NCBI RefSeq assembly: GCF_006345805.1
Contig: NW_021836157.1
Coordinates: forward strand, 4,795 to 68,794
Direction: 5' to 3'
From: Octopus sinensis
Taxonomy: Eukaryota
Length of the DNA: 64,000 nucleotides
Shown: positions 1 to 11,297 of the stretch, one piece after another
How the letters are laid out: each line of letters opens with the position of its first letter
How positions within the stretch are numbered: the stretch's first letter is position 1
Position numbers and translations under genes: made by a program
The notes under the pieces: model-generated
Seen by the model: only the letters and a program-made list of their open reading frames with translations
What the model was told of the DNA's origin: nothing
Database searches by the model: none

Positions 1-1399
1 CTTATTACTGTTATTCTCCTGAATTGTGGGGGTTCTGTCCATTAGTTTGTTAGCGATCATTACTCTTGAACTGTGTATGCAACTATTTATTTGTTTGTTC
101 AGGAGCCCAAGAAGGTAAAGTTAGACACAGGGGCCGAAGTCTGAGAGGGTTAAATGCCTCAGTCAAAAAATAACACTAAACCTGCCAGACAAATCTCATT
201 AATATCCATGGATTCCAATCCAGTCTAGACTCTACGTATTAGCTCCTACAAATATGTAAACCATACAGCATATGTTTACTACATGGCAGTATTAAATCAG
301 GTGGTGCTATGTATATACCAACTATATAAGATGTCCCACAATATGAAAAGCTGGAGACACATCTTTCTGCAAATCATTCAAAATCATGCTAGTATATAAA
401 GGATAAGGCTAATCCTATAATCTTGCTGATGATGATGACAGAGAAGAGAGAGGAAGGAACTCTACAAAAAATTATTCACGTAGATGATGTAATTGACAAA
501 TATGTTGAATTTTATATATTATTTTTGTGTTGTTATAGTTGTAATCACAGTTAACATTAATAGAGTTGATAGGTTCTAATAAAGCAGTGTTTCTGACATG
601 GAACCATATTCTAACAGGAATGTAAATTACACTGCCAAATTTGCTCAAGGCATAACTTTCATAGCCCAGTTCTCCCAAGAAGCTCTCAGCTTCAGGTCAA
701 TTTGAGTTGAAGTTATTCTGCCATCTCAACTCAAATTACATCACTGAACTTCTATATAGGCAACCAGAACAACATCAAGCTGACATATGCAACAGAAGTT
801 TCCATATGAGCACTCAACAAATTCATCTTACACTAGCTGAAAGGAAATCAAGAGTAAATCAAGTGTATTTTTTAGCACTCTAACATCTTAACAGGCAATC
901 AACCTCACGTTTTGCTGTCAAAATATACAAATTTACATTATGTAAATGCTACGTAAATAAATTCAAAAATAGTTTTGTGTAACAGGATTTTACCCTGTAT
1001 AAACTAGATACTTACACTCATAGCAAACTGGAATCCTTTAGTCTGAAATTTCCATCAAATAGGTAAAAATGAATTCTGCAAAGTATATAACACAATCCAA
1101 AATAATAGAATACAAACAAGAATGTTGGCATAATTTTCAATGTTCCTGGCCAACTAACAAGCTCCATTCTTATTTTACAGTTGAATGGTTAGCATTTGGC
1201 AACAATAACTTACTGCCAAATACAAATGTAAAAAGTAAATAGGTTATATGTAAAGTTCTATCTGATTACAAGTTTGAACCCATTAAAACACGTTTTTTAT
1301 AACAGCTATAAATATTGGTGGCATTCAGTAATGAAGAGTTTCTGTAGAGGAACAATCATATTTTAGTATATTATAATTTTCTATATGAAGAACCCATCA

Positions 1400-2390
1400 T
1401 GGAAGCAACCAAAGAACATATTCATCACGTTATGCTTTATGAGTTTTATGGAGAATTTAATGCAACCAGAGCAGCCAAAAATGTTCAAAAGGCTTATGGT
1501 TAATTTGATAGATAAGCTAAGATGGGGATGTTGTTATGAAGTGGATGATGAAATGCTGGAGGCAACATTTGCAAGGAATCCTGCTGTGATGGTGAGAGAG
1601 CTTTCCCTTTCTTTACTGTATTTATTTTGAGATGCTCTGTTTCTTTCATAACAAATAATTTAGTAAAATAACTTAGTTATCATTCAGTTATTGTTAGGAA
1701 CATAAATTATGACTAAGGTTTGGTGGAAGATTTTAATTCAAAACTTATGAAAACAAGACATTTGTACTCAGAGCCAGAGCCGGTTTCAGCCAGATTGCTA
1801 ACGAAAGGGTTAATGTTAGCACTGTGACCATTCATAATCATTTGAAAAAGCTAGAAAATGTTTCTAAGTGTGCAAAATCGGTTCTTCATGCTCTTCAACA
1901 GCAAATCATCAACAAAGGCTGTGAATCACTCCATACACAGAACCATCAAGCACCATTTTTGAACTGGATCGTGACTGGAGATGAAAAATGATTTTTTTTA
2001 TGGCAATATTAAGCACTGCAGACAGTGATTAAGCCCAAATTAAAAAAAACTATGCCACATTCAGGAGTAGAACTTAATGCAAAGAAAACTTTGAGTGTTT
2101 GGTGGGAGATGGAAAGAGCTTTTCAGGATGAATCAAACAATCTTTTCTGAAGTCTACTGTCAGTAACTTCACTGTTGGAAGATTGCTTTGAATAGAAAAT
2201 GCCCAGTCTTGTTAAACTGCAGTGTGGTTCTCTTTCATCAAGATAATGCTCAGTTTAATTCCGATTAAGTCACTAAAAACGTTCTGGATAGAAAAAATGC
2301 TATACCATCTATATTATCCAGACCTTGTTCCATAAGATTTCCATTTATTTAGATCTCTGCAAAACCATTTTGATGGGAAAATATGGCCAG
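1400..2390 (+). pseudogene. Degenerate mariner (Tc1/mariner DD34D) transposase relic, interrupted by a MITE
   Basis: Manual translation across frames: EHIHHVMLYEF..NATRAAKNVQKAYG (HTH), EVDDEMLEATFARNPAVMVREL, SVLHAL (WVPHEL-like), FLNWIVTGDEK*, VVLFHQDNAQ, YYPDLVP*DFHLFRSLQNHFDGK. Many stops and frameshifts. Confidence 0.85.
1605..1813. mobile_element. Short MITE, piggyBac-like termini, inserted in the mariner relic
   Basis: Left CCCTTTCTTTAC (1605) vs right CTAACGAAAGGG-TTAA (1798-1813) form an imperfect TIR with a TTAA site; the mariner frame resumes right after. Confidence 0.6.
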
Positions 2391-3657
2391 CTGGGAAGGC
2401 AAAGAAAATGAATTAAATATATATTTTAATTCAAAAACTTACATATAGATGGTAGAAAGTGATAAGAAATGAAGGAATATAGATGGTTGGATTTGCAGTA
2501 TTAAATGCTATGCGTCTCCTTTTCAATAATACTAAAAATTAGAACCTGATAACAATTTTAGAAAATAATACCAGGATTACTGTTGCTAATTAATATTTCA
2601 AATTACTTTTTAATGTTTAACAATTGAATTTATTCATAATACAAATGTACAAGTATTCACAAATTTTCTCATCTCTTAAAACAGAGGAAATCACAGTTAA
2701 AAAAAAAAAGAAATAAACAATGCTGCAAAGTGGTGTTGGTGTTGGTGAAATAAACAATGCTGCAAAGTGGTGTTATACGGGTTGGTACTACAGCATAACT
2801 GGGTTGTGATGGTGATGCAGCCATCTGGTGGAAGGTTGTCAGTAAATGCATATGGTGTTATTTTCAATTCTTATATACAACCCTCTATAAAATTAACTTG
2901 AGCAAAATTAGCCCTGAGTCTCCCCAAGAACATTGTCACACTTACCTGCCACTAACCCTTTATAGAATGCCAAAGTGGAACTTCAACCGACTGCATTACC
3001 CAACTGACAAAGGACTGTGAGGACATAACAACACTCTAAGTGCCAGGAATGCTGCCTCAATCTATGTTTGATCCAGGACTGCAGCTCGGTCAAAGAGACA
3101 AGCTGTGAAAGATCCTGTCCAACCACACCTGCTCACCATCAAGGAAGTGCTGGAGATGCCGTAGCCTCAACACGTCTGCTCATCAGCAACCTTGACATGT
3201 CCAGCCTTCCATTCATTGAGTGATGACAGCAAATGGAGCACCTGACCAGTTGAACTCATCCCTTTCACAGAAAGTGGAAGAGTGTGCACTCCAGTTTGGT
3301 CAGACATAAACTGGAGCATAGCATAACGGTCCGATGGTAATATATAATGGGGGCAAACTAAGCATTCCCCACCTCTGCTGACCTTTCAGGAATAGCTTTC
3401 TCTCAGCCTATTTCAAGGCAAGATTGGCTACCCTACTCATCACTCCTCCCAGTTCTTCTCCACCTGGAGATCTGGACCAAACCAGAATATGAGCAACTTA
3501 ACCAGTCCCTCCATCCAGCATCCCATAAAATTATTGGATGGCATGGACCTACCTCTCCAGGTGCCTAGCTGCAGGCCCACTGACTTTTCTTGGTTAATTT
3601 TTGCTCCTGTCACTGTCATGTAATTCTTTTGACACTATGATGGTGACATCTGCATAA

Positions 3658-4222
3658 TGGTTTCAAATTTTGGCATGAGGCCAGAAAGTTTAAGAGAAGA
3701 ATTAAATCAATACTGGTACTTGTTTTATTGACCTCAAATGGATGAATGGCAAAGTCAACCTTGGCAGAATTTAAACTGAGAACATAAAGACAGACAGACG
3801 AAATGTCACTATTTGCCTGACGTGCTGACGATTTTACCAGCTCGCCACCTTAATAATAATAATAATTAATTCGTTTATTGGCCACATGGGCTAATAATAA
3901 TAATAATAATAATAATCCTTTCTGAAAATTTTGGGTGGGGTTAAATTGATTACATCAACTCCAGTACACAACTGGTACTTATTTTATCGATGAAATACTG
4001 ATGAACGAAATACCGCTAAGCATTTCACCTGGCATGCTTAACGATTCTGCCAGTTTGCCGCATTAAAAATAATAATAATTCTTTCTACTATAGGCACAAG
4101 TCCTGAAATTTGGTAAGAGAGGGCTAGCCGATTATAATGATCCCCAGAGTATCACTGGTACTTAATTTATCAACCCCGAAAGGATGAAAGATAAAGTCGA
4201 TCTCAGCAGAATTTGAACTCAG
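3658..4222 (-). mobile_element. Cluster of three degraded SINE copies separated by (AAT)n
   Basis: Recurrent GGTACTT(A/G)TTTTAT(C/T)GA..CCCGAAAGGATGAA..AAAGTC.ACCT..GCAGAATTT.AACT motif; reverse of a tRNA-like B-box plus conserved central domain. Confidence 0.7.
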
Positions 4223-4223
4223 A

Positions 4224-4508
4224 TTGTATGGAATGCGAGAGGGTAATGTAACAGTGATGCCAGTGGTGATCGGAGCGTTGGGCTCAATCCCATTGAAACT
4301 TCAAAACTTCTTAAGGCAACTGGAAATTCCATGCAAGATTTATGTCTTGCAAAAAGCAGTCTTATTGGGCACAGCGCACATCTAAGGAAAGTGTTTTCTG
4401 TCTGAGGTCTTTGTTGTGACTTGACAGATGACTAAAGACTCCGGTGCATTTTTACCTACACTGTGTTACGAAGGACTAATAATAATAATAATAATATAAT
4501 AATAATAA
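4224..4508 (+). mobile_element. 5'-truncated R4/Dong-like non-LTR retrotransposon 3' end
   Basis: Translates VTVMPVVIGALGSIPLKLQNFLRQLEIPCKIYVLQKAVLLGTAHI(fs)LRKVFSV*, typical C-terminus of RLE-type R4/Dong ORF; ends in (TAA)n. Confidence 0.7.
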
Positions 4509-5566
4509 AGGTTTCAAATTTTGGCACAAGCCCAGTAATTTCGGGGAGAGTTAAGTCGATTACATTGACTCCGAAAGGATGAAAGTTAAATAATAGTAAT
4601 ATAAACGATTCTATCTGTCTATCTACCGATAAACGTCAATACTTCAGTGTATCTGTATAATTCTGAGATAAAATGGAATAATTCAAAATTATTAGTGTTA
4701 TATAACTTCTTTTCACTAATTATCATTACCAAACAATTAATAAAATTTCATATGCCTGCAAATATACACTGTCCTCGTGATTTTGTTTTTTAAAATAGCC
4801 ACAAAAGCGTCCCACTTTACAAATGTTTATAATACTATGTATGTGATTATATCAAAAGTTAATCTACTCCGAGTTTTCACCTAGCTCTATAACAAAACTC
4901 AAAGTAGACTGTCAACTACTGCTACAATAAACATATCTATCTGCCGAATGTACTGAGTTCGAGATGAGATAATCTTCACATTACGATATACACACATCTT
5001 TTAGATTTGGTGTACACAACAACATTGAGTACATAAATTAAATGAATAAATTTAAATAAATGACAATCATAATTATTACATTAACAACAATAATGGCCAA
5101 ACAGTATCAGTAATGAATATTTTCTCAGACAAAGGATGATATTGTTATTTTTATCGTTTACTTTAAACTAATATGTCGGATTAAAATGAACCGCAGAATA
5201 TTTCTTATTTATTTCACCGACCCGGGATGGTGAAAAGCACAGAAACACTAATGCTGCGTTTAGTAGAGTTACGGCAGCTTCATAAATTAGAAGGAAACAT
5301 TGATATTAATGAAACAGAGGTGCGAGTCCACTTATTCACGTCACTTGTCTACTTGATAACCTTTTTACAATAGAGGCAAATAAAAGTCTGAGTAGGAATG
5401 AGTGTATAATATATATATATATATACAAAGAGAGAGAGACAGAGAGGGGTATATGCGAGTAGACGGGAGGAAGAGAATGGTAAGGAATAAGTAAGACACA
5501 CACAGAGGTAGGTAAACATGAACAAATACTTTGAGATGAATATATAAACACACACATATTTATTAG

Positions 5567-5609
<43 letters not shown>

Positions 5610-6717
5610 AGAGAAGTGTGTGTGGTGGGTATTCTTGTAACATCAATATATACATCCATGTACTAAAGAAAAGAACCTAAACAGATTTCACAATCGATAC
5701 GAAGAGGAGAAAGGTTGATTTAGACATTTCCATTATTGTTTCTATTATTGTTGCTGTTATTGCAGCTGTTATTATCAAACAAAAACAAGCAATATAGGCA
5801 GAATAGGTGAAAGAAACAAATGCAAAAACTGTATCATCAAATGACACTCACCACGAAAATTAACAGCCACACAATATCCCAACTAAAAATAATTGGGCGT
5901 GACGTTTTATTATTGTCTTTGCAAATATATTTTTTCCCCGGTGATGAAACAAATTTAGTTTTCTTGGTTTTATAGGAATAATGAAGACCAGTAATTTCTG
6001 ATAAGGAATCGGACAGCGATGTAGAGGACGTGTCATTAAAAAGGAACACATTCCAAGTTGATGTTTACTTACGATTTCTGCCGTAAAGCAGTTCGTGTTT
6101 AGAAATTATCATTATTCAACGTTGTGAGCAGCAGCAGCACTAATAATGTACCTCCGCAAGGCGCCAGCTGGAAAGACAGACCAACAAGGAAATCTTTACC
6201 CGAAAAAGCAGCCAAATATTCCTCAAATCACACTCGACTATTTTAATTAAGGAAGAATACATTATTTAATGTAATCCTAGATTACCCCAAAAAGAACACA
6301 ATGATCATGTTTGGAATGTCTTTGATCATTGGTCCGCTCTCATCAGAACCGATCTGAGGCGTTCCTATTGAATCAGAATTTATCTAGCGCGCCAAAAACC
6401 TTTAAGTTTTAAGCATTGTAGGTTATGATTCTGCAGATAATGGAAACGGAAATTTTTTATCCTACACGCCACCGCTAATTGTACTTTTCTAGTTTTTACT
6501 TTCTTTCGAAAATTTTTTCAATTTGTACTTTAAACATCTGAAATTATGATTATTCAAAAACATGCACACGATAAATTTATTTTTGACGACAAAAGTCAAA
6601 ACTTCAAAATTACGGAAGGGGAAGGTTTTCTTTTCAGATTCGATGCTTAAAACATGCACATCACAGCCACAGAAATTATGGCTTGGGGCATGATAGAAAA
6701 TTTCCAATATATACGCA

Positions 6718-6719
<2 letters not shown>

Positions 6720-6813
<94 letters not shown>

Positions 6814-6823
6814 ATATATATAT
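6720..6823. repeat. (TA)n microsatellite
   Basis: Direct reading. Confidence 0.95.
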
Positions 6824-6941
6824 TTGGTGAATTGAAGAAATGGAGCTGAACGCAGATTGAACAGAAATCGTTTTATTTCATTCTACAAATAAAACGATTT
6901 CTGTTCAATCTGCGTTCAGCTCCATTTCTTCAATTCACCAA
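6824..6941. repeat. Perfect 55-bp inverted repeat with 8-nt loop
   Basis: 6824-6878 is the exact reverse complement of 6887-6941; loop CATTCTAC. Confidence 0.95.
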
Positions 6942-7099
6942 TAATGTTTTAATTTCAATTATCCGCACCAACGCACGGTTGCAACGCCAGATGGTTGTAC
7001 CTCCAACCGTGCTGTTTACTGCTGTGATTTTTGCTACTAAGGTATCGGTTAAACTTTTGATTAATCTACTACAAGATTATTCATCTTTCTATTTCACAT

Positions 7100-7160
<61 letters not shown>

Positions 7161-7255
7161 ATGTATGTATGTATATATATGTATGTATGTATATATATGT
7201 ATGTATGTATATATATATGTATGTATGTATATATATATATGTATGTATGTATGTG

Positions 7256-7286
<31 letters not shown>

Positions 7287-7325
7287 ATATATATATATGT
7301 ATGTATATATATATATATATGTATG

Positions 7326-7356
<31 letters not shown>

Positions 7357-7437
7357 GTATGTATATATATATATATATGTATGTATATATATATGTATGT
7401 ATGTATATATATATATGTATGTATATATATATATATA
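7100..7437. repeat. Compound (TA)n/(TATG)n microsatellite
   Basis: Direct reading; source of spurious YI/VC-repeat ORFs. Confidence 0.95.
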
Positions 7438-8285
7438 CTAGCAGAATTGCCCGGCGTTGCTCGGGGCTGAATTGCTTGAAAGTACTGTTAATGATTGCAC
7501 TGAATTATGATGATTATTCAGGCAAATATTGATATAAGTTTACGCTGGGAGATAAGGACTTAACGATCAAACGTGTGCCATTGCATTGTTTTGGGGGAAC
7601 CAAATTTCTGATGAGCATTATAGGGGCAACCAACTTTAAGTTTGAGAATGTGTGGTGTTAGTCCGGGGTGCTCAAAGGAATTGAGTACCTCTATTGGATA
7701 GTTGATGACGTCCTGTGGGTCAGGAGTTGTATTGATAGACTGATATACATAGACTTCCCCAGGAATGAGTTTTAGCATTTCATCATTAATATGGTGAACA
7801 GTTTTATTCCTCGGGGCCAGTATAGCCTTTTGGCCAATCCAATCCATATTCTGATAATTAGCGTGTAGATCTTGGAACACTGCATCTCTGAGATCAGAAG
7901 GCATCTTAACAATGGTACAAATGGAATCGATGGCAATATTACCATTTTCATCCCCTGGTATTTTGCCTTCGCCAAGTGCAAGGAGGGTGTGAGGAAATGC
8001 TGCTGATGTGATATTACGTCGCATAAGAGCACGCATATTGGTGTGAAGTTTGAGAGTTACTTCCCTTTCTTTAAAAAAATATGCATTAAAATGGGAGAAA
8101 ATGATGGTAAATTATTTGTAAAATCGTAAACTCATCGTAGACGCGCGCTAATACCCAGAAGGGCTCGATATGAATCACGACTATAAGATACTCGGTTTTG
8201 GTTAAACTGCATCTCAAAATGTGGGAGTAGTTAGGAATCTAAATCGGAGTAGACAGACACACAACCTTTCTTTTATATATAAAGA
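7438..8285 (-). mobile_element. Non-autonomous Helitron with internal PIF1-helicase fragment
   Basis: Minus strand begins A^TC (8285), ends with CCCGAGCAACGCCGGG hairpin + CTAG^T (7438); AT target, no TSD. Confidence 0.85.
7560..8036 (-). pseudogene. Helitron PIF1-like helicase fragment
   Basis: Motifs AILAPRNKTVHHINDEML, YPIEVLNSFEHPGLTPHILKLKVGCP; a frameshift then gives LCNGTRL-like sequence. Confidence 0.85.
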
Positions 8286-8899
8286 TTTTCGTCCGTCCTA
8301 AAAAACTTTGTGCGGAGTGAATGGTTACCTTTATGGAAATATATACACACACATTATACATACATGTGTGTATAGATGAATATATAAATACATTTAAATA
8401 TCTATATACAGTTTTGGGCAATCTTTCTGCTACTTGGATATACTTTAGATAAACTGGCTCATCCCTGTCACACACTCACACACACGCACACACACAGACA
8501 CACACGCACCCTCACACAGACACACACGCACACACACACACTCACACACATGCACACACACACACACGTTAGCTTACAATTTTATTTATATATTTGCGTG
8601 TCTATGTGTGTAAAGAGGAAGTGGGAGTAATATGCAGAGTGAAATGGTAAAATATTTAGTTTTCTCGAATTTTTTCTGAAATGGGGGTGAAATTGAAAGA
8701 AATTTTGTATGCCATGACCGAATGGAAGTACTTTGAAAAATCATAGGTAAACTCTAATTGAAGAAATTGTGTGAGGAATAAATTGTTATGTATTTATTTG
8801 TTTCTGTTTGCTGTGTTTTTTTTTTTGAGTAGTGGTTTAAGGTACACTTCTCTCGTTTTATATAAATAGTTTCACTTTAATCGTTGCACACTTGCAAAG

Positions 8900-9199
8900 A
8901 GAAAGGAGGAGAAATTAGGGTGATAGCATCAGTGAAGCAGTTCGCTCCGTTTGTGTGTGTGTGCGTGTGCGTGTGCTGTAGCCCACACTAAGAAAAGCAC
9001 TTCACTTACACACCACAATGTGAGTTTTCTCGAAATTTTGCTTAATTGGGGTTGAAATTTGAAAAACTGGACCTGGCACGACCCGATGTATTCTACTCTT
9101 AAAAATGCTAGGTAAATTGTAATTGAAGAAATCCTATATTGTAGATTTCTATAAGAGACAAAGGGAGGCAGACAAAATCTGCCTTTTATAATAAGAGAT
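8900..9199 (-). mobile_element. Probable Helitron-like 5' end (non-autonomous)
   Basis: Minus strand starts A^TCTCTTATTATAAAAGGCAG; related segment at ~8650-8760; no 3' end identified. Confidence 0.35.
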
Positions 9200-9208
9200 A
9201 TATGTATG

Positions 9209-9246
<38 letters not shown>

Positions 9247-9267
9247 AGAGGCAGTTATAATGCAGCG

Positions 9268-9415
9268 ATTGGTCAAAATAATGATGACGTCCCGTTCTAC
9301 TTGACTAAAGCCACCTAACGAAACGATTGGTCAAAACGATGATGACGTCACGCTACGCTGGATTGACCACCTAACAGGCATTATAAAACCGAGCACTTCA
9401 CAAAAACTCACTAGA
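9268..9415 (+). promoter_or_regulatory. Putative Pol II promoter in pLTR: two ATTGG-N12-TGACGTC modules, TATAAAA (9382), Inr-like CTCACT (~9410)
   Basis: Motifs read directly; TATA-to-Inr spacing 28 nt. Confidence 0.6.
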
Positions 9416-9709
9416 ACCACCCAGCGAACTTCCACCATGGGTCATCACAATTGCTTAAGGTAAAAATGAATTCCTCGCTCTTTCGGAAACATCAATCTTC
9501 TGTATTGACCGCTTTCCACCACTTTGATCTGTTTTTTGTATTGAATACGTATCGCCACCGTGGGCCACTACATCGAACACTTTGAACATATACTTCAACT
9601 ATATATCAACTATACATGAACTATATATCAACTATACATGAACTCTAAGATGTCTGACTCCGTTGTGTATTATAAATGAATTTCTTGTGTTTGACGGCAT
9701 GAGCTGTCT

Positions 9710-9781
9710 TTTTTTATATATAACTTTTTTTGATAAGGTTCATTTCAGGAACTGAAACATGTTATAATGTATATATAAAAA
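9710..9781 (+). ncRNA. Type I minimal hammerhead-like motif, U3-A8 core variant (5' pLTR)
   Basis: TTGATAA (9730-9736), stem II GGTTC/GAACT, GAAAC-AT-GT-T; stem I imperfect proximally. Confidence 0.55.
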
Positions 9782-9895
9782 TTAAAAATTGTATAATACA
9801 GCAGCATTTTCGAACTTCATTTTTTACAAATATATACCTACTCGTATACGAGCTAATCCTATTATAAATATCATATCACGTACGAGCTCCCGAAA

Positions 9896-11297
9896 ATGCC
9901 TGCTAAAAAAGACACCAACGACATCTCCTCAATAAATGAAGAGATACTGAAAGAATTGAAAAGCATAAATTCAAACCTAACAGCAGTGTTAAACAAACTC
10001 AACTTAACACCTCGACCTTCTACACAAACTAACGAGGAAACCGAATCGAATAAAACACCCTCCGAAATATTCGAGAAAGTTGAAAATCTATGCGATACAA
10101 TGACGACATTCTTCACAAACTTTACGAAACAAGAGCAACAAAAAGAAGGAACACATGAGAAGAACCGAGCAACTTCAACATTACAAACAAAGAACCAAGT
10201 CCTCCCCCAATGGAGAACACTACAGCGAAACAGAAAATTCGCTTTTTGGAAAATGATACAAAATCAGAATAAAGCAGAGATTTACCAAAAATGGCTAGTC
10301 TCAACACCCCTAGTCATACCCCGTAAATTACAAATCAAACCCATCTCGGAAGAACCAGAAGAACAAAGAAAACTTAGAGAAAAAAATGTCATTAGAAAAA
10401 ATGAAGATGGAAATAGAACTACTTAAGCTGAGAGCTAAAACGAATGAAGAAAAAGTAAAAACCATAGACGAGGAAATCAATGAAGAAGTCATCAAACTAA
10501 TAGACGACAACAATACTGAAACATTACCAGCACTATGGAATGAAGAATGGGAAAAAGAGGAACTTAAGTCCCTCCAACGATGGGAAAAGAGCGCCATCTG
10601 GTTTCTAGATTATGAAACCAACTTCAAAAATGAACACATATCCAACAACCCCTTCATAAAATTAAGCAAATCAAAACCAAATACCAACAGAACGGAACAA
10701 CCACCAAGAAATCCTACCACACTCTACACCAGAAAAGTACACCTAAAACACACCCCACACTACCTACACCAACCCCAAAACACCTACAGAGGCCCACCAC
10801 ACCAGTTCGAAAATAGACATACCAACAGAGCAGAACAACCACCAAGAAATCCAAACACACTCTACACCAGAAAAATGCATTTAAAACGCACCTCACACTA
10901 CCTACACCAACCCCAAAACACTTATAGGGTCCCACCACACCATTCCACGAACCTAAGAGCCACAACATACAATACTATAAAATACAACCCACATAACCAA
11001 ACCAAAACGCTACTACCAAACATCCACCCCAGGAACCAACCATACAACCATAACAAACAACAAATGCACTACAGAGGAAACAACTACCAACACAATATAC
11101 CTGAGGAACTAAGACGGAACACTAGGTTCAACAACAGACTCCAGAACAGAGCACCACAAACTCACTCTGACAATTATAACAACATGAGACAGATAAATAA
11201 TAGCTTTGAACATAACTACACCAACCATTTTTTAGACCCCACACACAGGAACAGGGACACACGATGGCAAAGGACAAACAAAAGAAACCTCAGGTAA
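9896..11297 (+). CDS. PLE ORF1 (coiled-coil N-terminus, N/Q/H/P-rich C-terminus), split by one extra A in an A7 run at ~10380-10386
   Basis: ORFs 9896-10426 and 10386-11297 fuse if one A is removed; contains a 138-bp (46 aa) tandem duplication at 10682-10960. Confidence 0.65.

Larger units (their letters stand above)
9246..9836 (+). repeat. 5' pLTR (591 bp)
   Basis: Matches 14050-14663 except one fewer 22-bp unit (AACTATATATCAACTATACATG x2 vs x3) and one A. Confidence 0.92.

Noticed and set aside
472-678. 68-aa minus-strand ORF (GELGYESYALSKF...)
   Set aside because: Non-ATG start, no recognisable motif or convincing splice sites.
2890-3650. GC-richer segment resembling a retroelement 5' region (similar feel at 16640-17000)
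   Set aside because: No translatable motif or termini I could support.
5336-5659. ORFs rich in YI/VC/TH/RE/LS repeats here and at 6979-7532, 14557-14884, 27214-27513, 32795-33202, 46433-46814, 60224-60577
   Set aside because: Translations of (TA)n, (TATG)n, (CA)n and (GA)n microsatellites, which lack stop codons.
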